Shown here: positions 1 to 9,847 of the stretch, one piece after another | How positions within the stretch are numbered: the stretch's first letter is position 1 | Layout: the number at the start of each line of letters is the position of its first letter | Assembly: GCA_963754875.1 (NCBI GenBank) | Contig: CAVWHO010000020.1 | Coordinates: 96,001 to 160,000, forward strand | DNA length: 64,000 bases | From: Nitrospirota bacterium | GTDB lineage: Bacteria > Nitrospirota > UBA9217 | Direction of reading: 5' to 3' | Made by a program: the position numbers and the translations under genes | The notes under the pieces: model-generated | What the model saw: only the letters and a program-made list of their open reading frames with translations | Told to the model about the DNA's origin: nothing | Databases searched by the model: none

Positions 1-858
1 GAACGCGCGGAAGAAATACTCAAGAGCTGCACACTCTGCCCGAGGGAGTGCAAGCTCGACAGAACCAAGGGCAAAAGAGGATTTTGCAGAACAGGAGACA
101 AGCCCTTTGTTTCGAGCTGGGGACCCCACTTCGGAGAGGAACGTCCGCTCGTGGGATCGCATGGTTCAGGGACCATCTTCTTCGGGAACTGCAATCTTCG
201 CTGCCTGTTCTGCCAGAACTACACCATCAGCCACCTGGGAGAAGGGTCAGAGATGTCCAATGAACGGCTCGCCGAAGTAATGCTTGAGCTTCAGCAGAAT
301 GGCTGCCACAACATTAACCTCATAACACCGACCCACCAGATGCCCATGATCCTTCGCGCCCTGTCGATCGCCGCAGGGCAGGGTCTTGTCGTTCCGATCG
401 TTTATAACTGCGGAGGCTACGAATCCCTCGAAGCCATCAAGCTCCTGGATGGGATCATAGATATCTACATGCCGGACTTCAAATACGCTGACCCGGAAAT
501 GTCATTCAAATATTCGAATGCCAAAGACTATCCTGCCGTGACAAAGGCCGTTATCAAGGAGATGCATCGTCAAGTAGGAGATTTGGTGATGGATGAATCA
601 GGCATTGCCCAACGAGGACTTCTGCTGCGGCATCTTGTCCTGCCCGAGGGCATTGCAGGGACCCGCGAGGTTGTCCGGTTCATCGCCGAGGAACTTTCGA
701 AAAACACCTATGTCAACATCATGGACCAGTACTATCCCTGTTACAAGGCATTAGATCAGGCGCCTCTTGACAGAAGGATCACAAGGAAAGAATTCGCGGA
801 AGCAGTCAAGCTGGCGCGCGAAGCCGGTCTGACCCGGCTTGACGGCGTGACCGTTTAG
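1..858 (+). CDS. PflX-like radical SAM protein (5' end outside window)
   Basis: Frame is open from base 1 (ERAEEILKSCTLCPRECKLDR...HFGEERPLVGSHGSGTIFF); radical SAM motif CNLRCLFCQN; DIYMPDFKY and RHLVLP motifs. Confidence 0.9.
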   Translation, partial: ERAEEILKSCTLCPRECKLDRTKGKRGFCRTGDKPFVSSWGPHFGEERPLVGSHGSGTIFFGNCNLRCLFCQNYTISHLGEGSEMSNERLAEVMLELQQNGCHNINLITPTHQMPMILRALSIAAGQGLVVPIVYNCGGYESLEAIKLLDGIIDIYMPDFKYADPEMSFKYSNAKDYPAVTKAVIKEMHRQVGDLVMDESGIAQRGLLLRHLVLPEGIAGTREVVRFIAEELSKNTYVNIMDQYYPCYKALDQAPLDRRITRKEFAEAVKLAREAGLTRLDGVTV

Positions 859-1083
859 CAACACAGAGGATGACATTGGCGCGTATGTCGTATGTAACGC
901 GGCGCTATAGTTTTTGTTGCATTCGTCTTCATAACGCAAATACTGATATGTTAGCATATCCCAGAAAAAAATTTCGCTGAGACCCCTGTCTTTTCCGTTG
1001 CCAGCACTCGGTACAGAGGATGCATTAATTCTGCATCTTCCGTCTACATACAGAGCAAGCGAGTGCATCTTGTGCTGCCTTGT

Positions 1084-1112
1084 TTGACAATGAACCTGTC
1101 CGTTGTTATACA
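1084..1112 (+). promoter_or_regulatory. Putative sigma-70 promoter of cooS
   Basis: TTGACA-17 bp-TATACA with TG just upstream of the -10 box. Confidence 0.55.
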
Positions 1113-1123
1113 TGAACTAGTGT

Positions 1124-1137
1124 GTGATAACCATCAA
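1124..1137. promoter_or_regulatory. FNR/CRP-family-like operator
   Basis: GTGAT-AACC-ATCAA, one mismatch to TTGAT-N4-ATCAA. Confidence 0.35.
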
Positions 1138-1183
1138 CTGAGATGTTGTCTTTCAGACGTCAGACATGAGGAGGGCAGCTGTC

Positions 1184-3058
1184 ATGGATCAATACCAGGA
1201 ATTTTCCATCGCGACCGATGCGCAATCAATGCTGAAAAAGGCCCACGACGACGGTGTGGCAACCGCATGGGACCGGGCCAGGAAGCAACAACCGCAGTGT
1301 CTGTTCTGCAAATCAGGGTTGTCATGCCGTGTATGCGCCATGGGCCCCTGCCGGATCGATCCCCACGGTAAAGGCGCGCATTACGGTGTATGCGGAGCTG
1401 ACGCCGATATCATTGCGGCGAGAAACCTGTCAAGGATGGTTGCGGCCGGTTCCGCAGCCCATTCGGACCACGCCCGCGACCTTGTCGAGGTGCTGTATAA
1501 CGTGGGCAAAGGTAAGGCAGCGGGATATGCGATAAAAGACCCGGAAAAACTGAAGAGGGTTGCAACTGAATACGGCATTTCGATCAACGGTCTCAGCGAC
1601 AGGGAGCTCGCGGTCAAGCTGGCGGAATCAATGATGGAAGATTTCGGGATGAAGAAAGGACGGGTGACCTTTGTCAGCAGGGCGCCGAAGCAGCGAATAG
1701 AGCTCTGGGAAAAATTGAACGTCGTTCCGCGCGGGATAGACAGGGAGACCACTGAAACGATGCACCGCACGCACATGGGCGTGGACAACGATTACGTTTC
1801 TCTTTTGCTTCACGCGGTGAGGAACAGTCTTTCCGACGGCTACGGGGGGTCGATGATCGCTACTGAATTGTCCGACATCCTCTTCGGGACGCCGAAACCC
1901 GGTCTTTCCACGATCAACCTGGGGGTATTGAAAGAGGATCACGTCAATATCCTGGTTCATGGCCACAACCCCGTCGTGTCCGAGATGATCGGGCTGGCGG
2001 TTGAAGACGGCGAAATAATCAAACTAGCGCAGTCGAAAGGTGCAAAGGGCATTAACCTCGCCGGTCTGTGCTGTACCGGCAACGAACTCTTGATGCGGAA
2101 AAAAATACCCATGGCCGGCAATCATCTCATGACCGAACTGACGATAGTCACCGGCGCCGTTGAATCTATCATCGTGGATTACCAGTGCGTCATGCCTGCC
2201 CTCGCGCAGGTGGCGCATTGTTATCACACAAAGCTGTATTCCACCTCTAACAAGGCAAAATTTCCTTTTATGGAACACGTTGAATTCAACCCTGAGAACG
2301 CAAAGGAACAGGCCTTCAAAGTGGTACGGGCATCGATAGAAAACTATGCCCGCAGAAACAAAGACAGGGTATCCATCCCCGTTTCTCCGGTCAAGAGTAT
2401 GACCGGATTTTCCGTGGAGTCTATCGTTGGAGCGCTCGGCGGAAGCCTCACCCCGTTGATCGATGCGATCAAAGCAGGTAAAATAAAAGGAGCAGTGGGT
2501 GTGGTCGGATGCAACAACCCGAAGATAAGACAGGATTACGGTCACGTAGGGCTGATCAAACGTCTCATAGCAAATGACATCCTTGTTCTTACAACAGGAT
2601 GCGCAAATGTGGCTGCAGGAAAGGCCGGTTTGCAGATGCCGGAGGCAAAAAACCTGGCCGGTCCCGGTTTGAAAGAGATCTGCGGCCTTCTCAATATACC
2701 TCCTTCACTTCATGTCGGCTCTTGTGTCGATAATTCAAGGATCGTCGTTATCGCCTGCGCATTGGCCAATGCTCTCGGCGTTGACATCGATAAACTGCCC
2801 CTCGCTGGCGCAGCCCCGGAGTGGTATTCCGAAAAAGCCGTTGCCATTGCCTTCTATGTTATGGCCAGCGGGATTTATACCGTCCTCGGGGTGATGCCGC
2901 CCATTGGTGGAAGCACGAATGTAACGAAGCTTGCAACGTCCGGACTTAAGGATGTCTTTGGCGCCAGCTTTGCTGTAGAAGCCGACCCCGACAGGGCAGC
3001 CGATCTTATCATTGCCCACATTACCGAGAAGAGGAAGGGATTGGGTTTGAGTGCTTAG
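1184..3058 (+). CDS. cooS: Anaerobic Ni-carbon monoxide dehydrogenase catalytic subunit
   Basis: CRVCAMGPC (B-cluster), AHSDH, HGHNP, LCCTGNE, DYQC, GCNN, GSCVDN, EWYSEKA motifs; GAGGAGG RBS before ATG 1184. Confidence 0.95.
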   Translation: MDQYQEFSIATDAQSMLKKAHDDGVATAWDRARKQQPQCLFCKSGLSCRVCAMGPCRIDPHGKGAHYGVCGADADIIAARNLSRMVAAGSAAHSDHARDLVEVLYNVGKGKAAGYAIKDPEKLKRVATEYGISINGLSDRELAVKLAESMMEDFGMKKGRVTFVSRAPKQRIELWEKLNVVPRGIDRETTETMHRTHMGVDNDYVSLLLHAVRNSLSDGYGGSMIATELSDILFGTPKPGLSTINLGVLKEDHVNILVHGHNPVVSEMIGLAVEDGEIIKLAQSKGAKGINLAGLCCTGNELLMRKKIPMAGNHLMTELTIVTGAVESIIVDYQCVMPALAQVAHCYHTKLYSTSNKAKFPFMEHVEFNPENAKEQAFKVVRASIENYARRNKDRVSIPVSPVKSMTGFSVESIVGALGGSLTPLIDAIKAGKIKGAVGVVGCNNPKIRQDYGHVGLIKRLIANDILVLTTGCANVAAGKAGLQMPEAKNLAGPGLKEICGLLNIPPSLHVGSCVDNSRIVVIACALANALGVDIDKLPLAGAAPEWYSEKAVAIAFYVMASGIYTVLGVMPPIGGSTNVTKLATSGLKDVFGASFAVEADPDRAADLIIAHITEKRKGLGLSA

Positions 3059-3224
3059 AATAAGTTTAGACGGCGAGGGCCTCGACTACGCTGGGCTTCG
3101 CCAGTATCCGGTCTCTTGTGGCTAGAATTAGATATCCTCTGGGCGGCGGAAAAGACATGCACGACGGGAGCCCGGGCGGTGGATACTGAGAGATATGAAT
3201 GCCTGAACAGACCATGGAGCATGC

Positions 3225-4442
3225 ATGAGCACTGAACAAATAAAGGATAAGTTCCCAGACACCGGTGATTTTTTCCAGACGATCTTCGAAAGCAGCCCAT
3301 ACCCCATGTGGGTCTATGACCTGGAGACCATGAAGTTCCTGGCGGTCAACAATGCAACCGTGGAGCTTTACGGTTATACACGCGAAGAGTTCCTTTCCAT
3401 GAACATCAAGGAGATCAGGCCTCCTGAGGAAGTGCCCCGCCTTGTCAATATGATCTTGCGGCTCGGCATGGGAGTACAGCACTTAGGCTCCTGGAAACAC
3501 CGCAGGAAGGACGGTTCTCTCATGGATGTGGAGATCTCGTCCCATGGTATCCTCTTCGAAGGACGGAAGGCGCGCTTTGTGATCATCCAGGATGTTACCG
3601 AGCGCAAGCGGACCGAATGGATGTTGCGCGCCAGCGAGGAGCGGCATAGGTTAATCCTTGGGACAGCAATGGACGGGTTCTGGCTTGTGGACATGCAGGG
3701 ACATCTTTTGGAAGTCAATGAGGCATATTGCCGAATGAGCGGCTATAGCGAACAGGAACTGCTGGCCATGAGTATTTCCGATCTGGAGGCCGCCGAGCTT
3801 CCCGTTGAAACGTCATCACATATACAAAAGGTCGTATCCGAAGGCGAGGATCGCTTTGAGAGCGTGCACCGACGTAAGGATGGAAGCACTTTTAACGTCG
3901 AGGTCAGCGTCCAGTTCAAGCCCATCGACGGAGGGCGGATTGTCGGGTTCATGCGCGACATAACCGCACGCAGAAAGGCAGAAGAGAATCTCAGGGAATC
4001 AGAAGAGAAATTGCGTGTGCGATCGCAGGAGCTCGAGGAGATGAACAGCGCACTGAAGGTCTTACTTAAGCAGCGGGAACAGGACAGGAAAGAAATTGAG
4101 GAGAAAGTCCATACAAATGTGAAGCAACTTGTGCTGCCCTATATCGAAAAGCTGAAGAAGCGCAAGTTCGGAGAAGATGCTGCATACCTTAATATCATCG
4201 AGGCCAATCTTCATGGGGTGATATCCTCATTAGCAACGACGACGTCAGGAAAATTACGCAGGTTGACACCACAGGAACTACTCGTGGCCAATCTTATTAA
4301 TGACGGCAAACAGGATAAGGATATTTCTGAAATGCTAAACGTATCGATTCATACAATTAAAGCTCACCGAAGAAACATCAGAAAAAAGCTCGGCCTTACC
4401 AAGGGAAAAGCCAACCTACGAACTTTTCTTTCTAACTTATAA
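3225..4442 (+). CDS. PAS-PAS / LuxR-type HTH transcriptional regulator
   Basis: Two PAS/PAC repeats (HRRKDGS), coiled coil, C-terminal LTPQE...TIKAHRRNIRKKLGL. Confidence 0.88.
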   Translation: MSTEQIKDKFPDTGDFFQTIFESSPYPMWVYDLETMKFLAVNNATVELYGYTREEFLSMNIKEIRPPEEVPRLVNMILRLGMGVQHLGSWKHRRKDGSLMDVEISSHGILFEGRKARFVIIQDVTERKRTEWMLRASEERHRLILGTAMDGFWLVDMQGHLLEVNEAYCRMSGYSEQELLAMSISDLEAAELPVETSSHIQKVVSEGEDRFESVHRRKDGSTFNVEVSVQFKPIDGGRIVGFMRDITARRKAEENLRESEEKLRVRSQELEEMNSALKVLLKQREQDRKEIEEKVHTNVKQLVLPYIEKLKKRKFGEDAAYLNIIEANLHGVISSLATTTSGKLRRLTPQELLVANLINDGKQDKDISEMLNVSIHTIKAHRRNIRKKLGLTKGKANLRTFLSNL

Positions 4443-4681
4443 TATTAGTCCGTATAGCTATTATATAGTTAATAATATCCCCTAGAATCCTCGAACTTAC
4501 TGATTATAATAATGTTAAGTATGGTTAACTGAGAAAAAATACCTCAACGCATCTTTGGCTAACTTCTGCAATCTTATAAAGACTTGTAAAAACATTGGCT
4601 TCTAGGGATTGCCATGCACGTTATCATGAAAATTTTTATAACGTGGGCTGACTGCATTTTATAAGTATAGAAGGATCTATC

Positions 4682-5362
4682 GTGAGAAAGCCAAGGGTCG
4701 TCATTTTTAATGATAGTGGGCATATTCAACGTGAGCTGACAACTTTTTTTCATAACTGCGGCTACGAAACTTTTATTGCAACGGAATCTATCAGATGTCC
4801 CGTTTATGATAAAAATGAGAACAAAACCTGCCCTGGCCCCGTTCTCTGCGGCGATATCATGGTCGCAGTCCAAGATGTAGAGCAGAGTAAGAGTGTCGAC
4901 CTATTCAATAGGCAATTGCGGATCGGATGCAAACTGACATCCCGTAATAAAACGATCATCACTCGTTCCCTCGTCCGTGACAGGTTTGATCACATTAATG
5001 TCGGGGGAATAACAATATTTGGAAATCCGTTCGATTTCGGCGTCTTTGCAGCTTGGGTTAAAGACTGTGAAAGCCGTATGAACCTGACGCAAAGACTCGC
5101 TGTTATGCGTCGCGCAAACAGGGATGCCTCTAGCAAACATGTCCAGTTTCGATTGCTTGATGAAGATGTTGACATCGAGGCTCAAGCAGTGAACGTAAAT
5201 AGTTGCGGTATCTGCCTGAAGATATCTCATCCGCTCAAACGAGGGCAGGTGCTTCATTTTGTGGACCAGAGTCGTCGGGCAGACGCTGAGGAGGGTATAG
5301 TACAATGGACGAAAAAGCTTGATGACGGGCGGTATCTCGCTGGAGTGACTTTCTGTGTGTAA
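4682..5362 (+). CDS. Receiver-like domain with Cys-rich insert fused to a PilZ domain
   Basis: N-terminal receiver-like pattern; RRANR and NVNSCG resemble PilZ c-di-GMP motifs; ends YLAGVTF. Confidence 0.65.
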   Translation: MRKPRVVIFNDSGHIQRELTTFFHNCGYETFIATESIRCPVYDKNENKTCPGPVLCGDIMVAVQDVEQSKSVDLFNRQLRIGCKLTSRNKTIITRSLVRDRFDHINVGGITIFGNPFDFGVFAAWVKDCESRMNLTQRLAVMRRANRDASSKHVQFRLLDEDVDIEAQAVNVNSCGICLKISHPLKRGQVLHFVDQSRRADAEEGIVQWTKKLDDGRYLAGVTFCV

Positions 5363-5428
5363 AATTCTCGGATTTTTCAATGTCCTCACGAATTCATCAA
5401 TTTACATCACGGGGAGGAGGAAACAGTT

Positions 5429-5743
5429 ATGGCGGCACTAGAGACGGTTAAGAACATAAAAGAGTCTATACGTAGAGCTGTTACAACGCAGCAAATAGAA
5501 TTCACATTCCGTGCTCCGGAAGCCAAAAAAGTATATATTGCAGGAACATTCAATGACTGGAATACGAAATCAATGCCTATGAAAAAAAGCAAGGACGGAA
5601 CCTGGCGAATTATGGTCAAACTTTCTCCCGGGAGGTACGAGTATAAATATTTCGCAGACGGAATGTGGGCACAAGATATTCCCGGCGCAGAATTGGCTCC
5701 AAATCCTTTCGGCACCCAAAATTGCGTTATTAATGTCGAGTAA
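5429..5743 (+). CDS. Glycogen-binding (CBM48 / isoamylase early-set) domain protein
   Basis: VYIAGTFNDWN...GRYEYKYFADG...NPFG motif; GGAGG RBS. Confidence 0.85.
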   Translation: MAALETVKNIKESIRRAVTTQQIEFTFRAPEAKKVYIAGTFNDWNTKSMPMKKSKDGTWRIMVKLSPGRYEYKYFADGMWAQDIPGAELAPNPFGTQNCVINVE

Positions 5744-5772
5744 GGGCTACCGATAGTGTTACAGACAAGATT

Positions 5773-6069
5773 ATGAAAAAAGAAACCCCTTTTGCGGACG
5801 CGCGCAAGACGGCAGTTTTTACGACGCGGGACATCGTCGAAGAAGGTAAGCCTATCTTGTTTGTCACTCACGATCCTGACGATGGGGCGTGGGAGTTTCA
5901 CACGAGGAAAACAGTTCCGGCCTCTGAAGCCAAAGTCGTCGCTCTGGATGAAATCATCTTCCGTGACCCCAGCGTAGTCGAACTGGCTGACCTGCCACTC
6001 GGGTGGTCAGCCATTCGAGATTCAATTATATCACCATGGAAACGGCAACCAATTTTATCAAGCGCTTAA
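5773..6069 (+). CDS. Hypothetical protein
   Basis: 98-aa ORF with ATG start and protein-like composition. Confidence 0.6.
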   Translation: MKKETPFADARKTAVFTTRDIVEEGKPILFVTHDPDDGAWEFHTRKTVPASEAKVVALDEIIFRDPSVVELADLPLGWSAIRDSIISPWKRQPILSSA

Positions 6070-6138
6070 CATGGCGTTACACCCTAGGTCGAACACGCTA
6101 CGGCGCGGCTTCTGTGCTTCATTATTCGCAGAGAGAAT

Positions 6139-6417
6139 ATGCCAAGGACAACATTTAAGGTTGTGGAAACCTTTAACATCAAGGGACACGGTGTAATCCT
6201 CGTGGGGGACAAGTCATTTTCTGATTTTCACGAAATCAAGTCGTGCGATATCGAAATCATCACGCCGAACGGAGATGTCCTGAAGGGCGTTGCCTTCAAG
6301 GAATGGCTCCTTGGTTCATCGACACCTCAGCCGAATGAGATAGAAGCATTCTTTATCAGAGGAATGAAAAAATCTGAAATTCCGATAGGTTCTATGGTCA
6401 GAGTCAAACAAGAGTAA
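6139..6417 (+). CDS. Hypothetical protein
   Basis: 92-aa ORF with ATG start and weak RBS. Confidence 0.55.
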   Translation: MPRTTFKVVETFNIKGHGVILVGDKSFSDFHEIKSCDIEIITPNGDVLKGVAFKEWLLGSSTPQPNEIEAFFIRGMKKSEIPIGSMVRVKQE

Positions 6418-6605
6418 GTCACCCACCAACCAGTAAACATCTTAATAGTTGCGCCAAGTCGTTATGCATATTTAACTAGTAATTCACAATAATTTTAAAT
6501 TGTAAAATTACGGCTTAGTATGCCTCGCAGATATCCTAATTTGACTGTATTAAAAAATATCTGTGATAATTTGTACTGCGACGTCCTTCCTGAAGCTGGT
6601 TAACT

Positions 6606-7061
6606 ATGAAGAAAATTAGCCGAATCAGTTTTGGAGGCACGGCTGCGATTGTAACCAGTATGGCCCTGATCACTGGCCTCAACGCAGTTGGGACGGGCAA
6701 ATCCGCCCTCATTACCGCTCTCCTGATTGCCGCGCTTGCGGATAACCTCACCGATTCATTGAGCATCCATATTTATCAAGAGTCTGAGCGACTTGATGAA
6801 CGAGAGGCGTTCATCGGCACGTTGTCGAACTTTACCACACGGTTGTTAGGCTCCCTCAGCTTCGTATTAATAGTCGTTGTATTCCCGCCTAACATTATTG
6901 TCCTAGGATCGATTGTCTGGGGCATGTTATTTTTAGGCGTGTTATCTTACCTTCTTGCACGCGAAAGAAACGTTGGGATTCTCTCAGAAGTTATTAAACA
7001 TCTCGCTGTGGCAGCAGCTGTCCTTATCATAAGCAAGTCCATTGCCTATCTCTTAATCTGA
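6606..7061 (+). CDS. VIT1/CCC1-like small membrane protein
   Basis: About 5 hydrophobic segments; ADNLTDSLSIHIYQESE motif. Confidence 0.65.
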   Translation: MKKISRISFGGTAAIVTSMALITGLNAVGTGKSALITALLIAALADNLTDSLSIHIYQESERLDEREAFIGTLSNFTTRLLGSLSFVLIVVVFPPNIIVLGSIVWGMLFLGVLSYLLARERNVGILSEVIKHLAVAAAVLIISKSIAYLLI

Positions 7062-7189
7062 TGTTTGCCATACTTCCTAAAGAATCGATTCAGGGCTAAG
7101 CAGTCTTGGTCACTATCGCGTTAGCTTTACCCCACTTTAATTCGATGAGGCATCCTGTCTGTAGGCTGCTGCGGATTTATAAAAACATC

Positions 7190-7722
7190 CTGAAATACCC
7201 AGCAGCTCTGCTGCTGGGATGAAAAGGATATCCTGACGAAGTCAGGATGAGAATCTGTTACAATACGGGCCATGAGCCCATTGAGAAGAAGCAAACATAG
7301 CGTCTATGATCTGAAGTACCATTTTGTATGGATACCAAAATATCGAAGGAAGCTGTTCAGCGATCGAATGACGACGAGACTGAAAGAGATATTTCGTGAG
7401 ATCGCAGAGCGATATGAATTTGAAATAGATACGATGGAAGCAATGGATGATCATGTGCATTTGTTTTTGGTTGTGCCACCGAAGTATGCTCCAGCGAGGG
7501 TAGTACAGATAATCAAAAGCATATCGGCAAAGATGATGTTTCGAGAATTCCCCGAGATAAAGAAAAAACTTTGGGGAGGAGAACTCTGGAATGACGGCTA
7601 CTTTGTCCGTTCGGTTGGCGACAAAGTAACGGCTATATTCGGTATCAGCATGATGAGCAAGTTGGCTTTAGGTTCTAGCGCATTTAGGATGCCCCGCAGC
7701 TCTGCTGCGGGGTAATTCACTA
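7190..7722 (+). mobile_element. IS200-type element (IS200/IS605 family)
   Basis: Subterminal hairpins CCCAGCAGC-TCT-GCTGCTGGG (7198-7218) and CCCCGCAGC-TCT-GCTGCGGGG (7692-7712) flank tnpA; ends approximate. Confidence 0.9.
7272..7678 (+). pseudogene. tnpA: IS200 Y1 transposase TnpA with catalytic helix out of frame
   Basis: YHFVWIPKYRR, DHVH (HUH), GGELWNDGYF; YIRYQ lies in another frame from 7634, ending at TAG 7678. Confidence 0.85.
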
Positions 7723-7899
7723 ATCGATAACTGCAAAGTACATTTGCAATTGAGGCTTAATAACATTCTTATAACTGCTATAATAATACCGTCCGGTAAA
7801 GAGCCGAACCGCTACGCGATAGGTTGCACTGTCGTATTGCAAACCGTTGGCTTTTAAACGCTGGAACGCTGCATTTCAGGATGAACATCAGGTGAACTC

Positions 7900-8103
7900 A
7901 TGAAAGCGCTGCTTGCGACAGATGGGTCTCAATACTTCGCATGTGCGGCGCAATTCCTGACTCGTATCAAGTGGTCCCAAGATGATACCATACCGGTATT
8001 TCACGTTATTTTAGCGGTCGAGTTCCGAAATGACGTGAAGTTCAGCATCATAGCTTTGTCCGACCCGGCCCGGCTTTATAATACTGAAAGGAGAATGAAA
8101 TGA
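7900..8103 (+). pseudogene. Universal stress protein N-terminal fragment
   Basis: MKALLATDGS start is typical of Usp; only 67 aa. Confidence 0.5.
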
Positions 8104-9212
8104 ACGGGACATTGTCTCAGGGCTCATGGAAAATCGGAACGATCATGGGAATACCTATCCGGGTGCACTTCTCATGGTTTATCGTCTTTGGTTTGATAAC
8201 TTGGTCTCTCTCGACGTTCTACTTTCCCGAGGCGGCGCCGAACCTTCCGGCCGCATCGTATTGGGTCAAAGGCGTTCTGGCAGCGCTCCTGCTTTTTGCC
8301 TCCGTCGGTTTCCACGAGCTTGCCCATTCTTTTGTGGCAAAGAAATACAAGATCTCCATTGAGAGCATTACGCTCTTCATATTTGGAGGCGTTGCGCAGA
8401 TGAAGGGTGAGCCGCCGTACCCGAAGGCGGAATTCAGAATCGCAATTGCCGGCCCGCTTTCAAGCTTTTTTCTTTCCGCTCTGTTCTTTTTTCTGTCGAT
8501 GACTGCCGCAGGCGGGACCAAGGCCCTTTTTTCCTATCTTGCGCAGATAAATTTTATCATCGCGGTGTTCAATCTCATTCCCGGTTTTCCGATGGATGGC
8601 GGCAGGGTGCTGAGGTCCGCAATCTGGAAGAAAAAAAAGGACTTTTTTTACGCGACCCAGAAGGCGTCGAACATCGGGCGGAAGATCGCTGTGTTTTTCA
8701 TTTTTTTCGGGCTCTTCTCCGTTTTTACCCGCATGCCGGGTGGGTTGTGGCTGATGCTCATCGGGTGGTTCCTTTACACCGCCGCCCAGTCAAGCTATCA
8801 GCAGTCCACCCTTCAGGAGAGCTTGTCGGGGATCAGGGTCAGGGACATCATGGTGAAGGATATTTTGACGCTCAGCTCGTCCGTGACCATCGACGAGGCT
8901 GTGAACGGCTATTTTCTCAGATACGGCTACGGCGGATTCCCCGTCGCTGATGATGGGAAATTTCTCGGCCTCGTGACCTTAAAAGAGGTCAAGGATGTCC
9001 CGAAAGCAGACTGGGGAACAGTGAAGGTGATTGACGTTTTAGTTCCCCATGACAGAAGATGGGAGGTCTCTGCTGAAGACGACATCATGCGGGCCCTTGA
9101 GATAATGATCCGAGAAGACAAGGGAAGGCTGGTCATTATCGAAAACGGCAGGCTGAGCGGCCTGATCACGAGAAACGGCATTGCTCGGTATGTGCAGATA
9201 AAGGGGAAATGA
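8100..9212 (+). CDS. Site-2 protease (peptidase M50) with CBS domains
   Basis: HELAH, NLIPGFPMDGGR, C-terminal CBS pair. Confidence 0.93.
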   Translation: MNGTLSQGSWKIGTIMGIPIRVHFSWFIVFGLITWSLSTFYFPEAAPNLPAASYWVKGVLAALLLFASVGFHELAHSFVAKKYKISIESITLFIFGGVAQMKGEPPYPKAEFRIAIAGPLSSFFLSALFFFLSMTAAGGTKALFSYLAQINFIIAVFNLIPGFPMDGGRVLRSAIWKKKKDFFYATQKASNIGRKIAVFFIFFGLFSVFTRMPGGLWLMLIGWFLYTAAQSSYQQSTLQESLSGIRVRDIMVKDILTLSSSVTIDEAVNGYFLRYGYGGFPVADDGKFLGLVTLKEVKDVPKADWGTVKVIDVLVPHDRRWEVSAEDDIMRALEIMIREDKGRLVIIENGRLSGLITRNGIARYVQIKGK

Positions 9213-9624
9213 TGCCGGCGAGCGAAAGAAATAATAATATTCACGCACGGTTTCTGGTGAGCCGAGTCATGCTTCGCGCCCTGCTTCCGGCACCGACGTT
9301 GTGGGTGCCCACTGGAGGTGATGCCGAGTTGTGATGTTGCGGTGTAGAAACCCAGCTCCGCGTAGACGCGGAATTCGCTACATACCGTCGAAGACCGCAC
9401 GCTTCGCACGCAGTGAACATCTGCGGGACGTAATCTCTAGTATTTCTCAACTATTCATATCAGCTCAGCGCGGTTACACATTTGTAAGTGTATCTCTTAG
9501 TGATACTGATTCTGATCGAGGTGCAGAATATCGATTGAAACATGTAGTGTGATGTACATAATGAATCATGATGTAGACTGAATGAATGTGCAGAATAACA
9601 TCTTGTTTCATTTACATGAGGTCT

Positions 9625-9732
9625 ACGAAGAAGACAAGCTACATGGAAGAACAGATTGCCTATGCTCTGAAGAAGGTTGCTACGCGCACGTCAGTTTAGG
9701 GGGTCGTCAGGAAGATAGGATTTCGGCTCAAA
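9625..9732 (+). pseudogene. IS3-family transposase OrfA remnant
   Basis: Translates (T)KKTSYMEEQIAYALKKVATRTSV*GVVRKIG; ACG in place of ATG after a GAGG RBS; internal stop. Confidence 0.6.
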
Positions 9733-9821
9733 TCAAGATGCCGTTTCTAAAAAGCAATCATAAAGCATATTTTTTGCTCTATGGGTGCTGTATGAGAATT
9801 ATAGGTGTAAGTCTTTGAAAG

Positions 9822-9847
9822 ATTGGCGGGAGAGCATGAGAATCGAA
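9822..9847. repeat. att site: duplicate of the tRNA-Sec 3' end (distal island boundary)
   Basis: ATTGGCGGGAGAGCATGAGAATCGAA, identical to 25414-25439. Confidence 0.93.
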
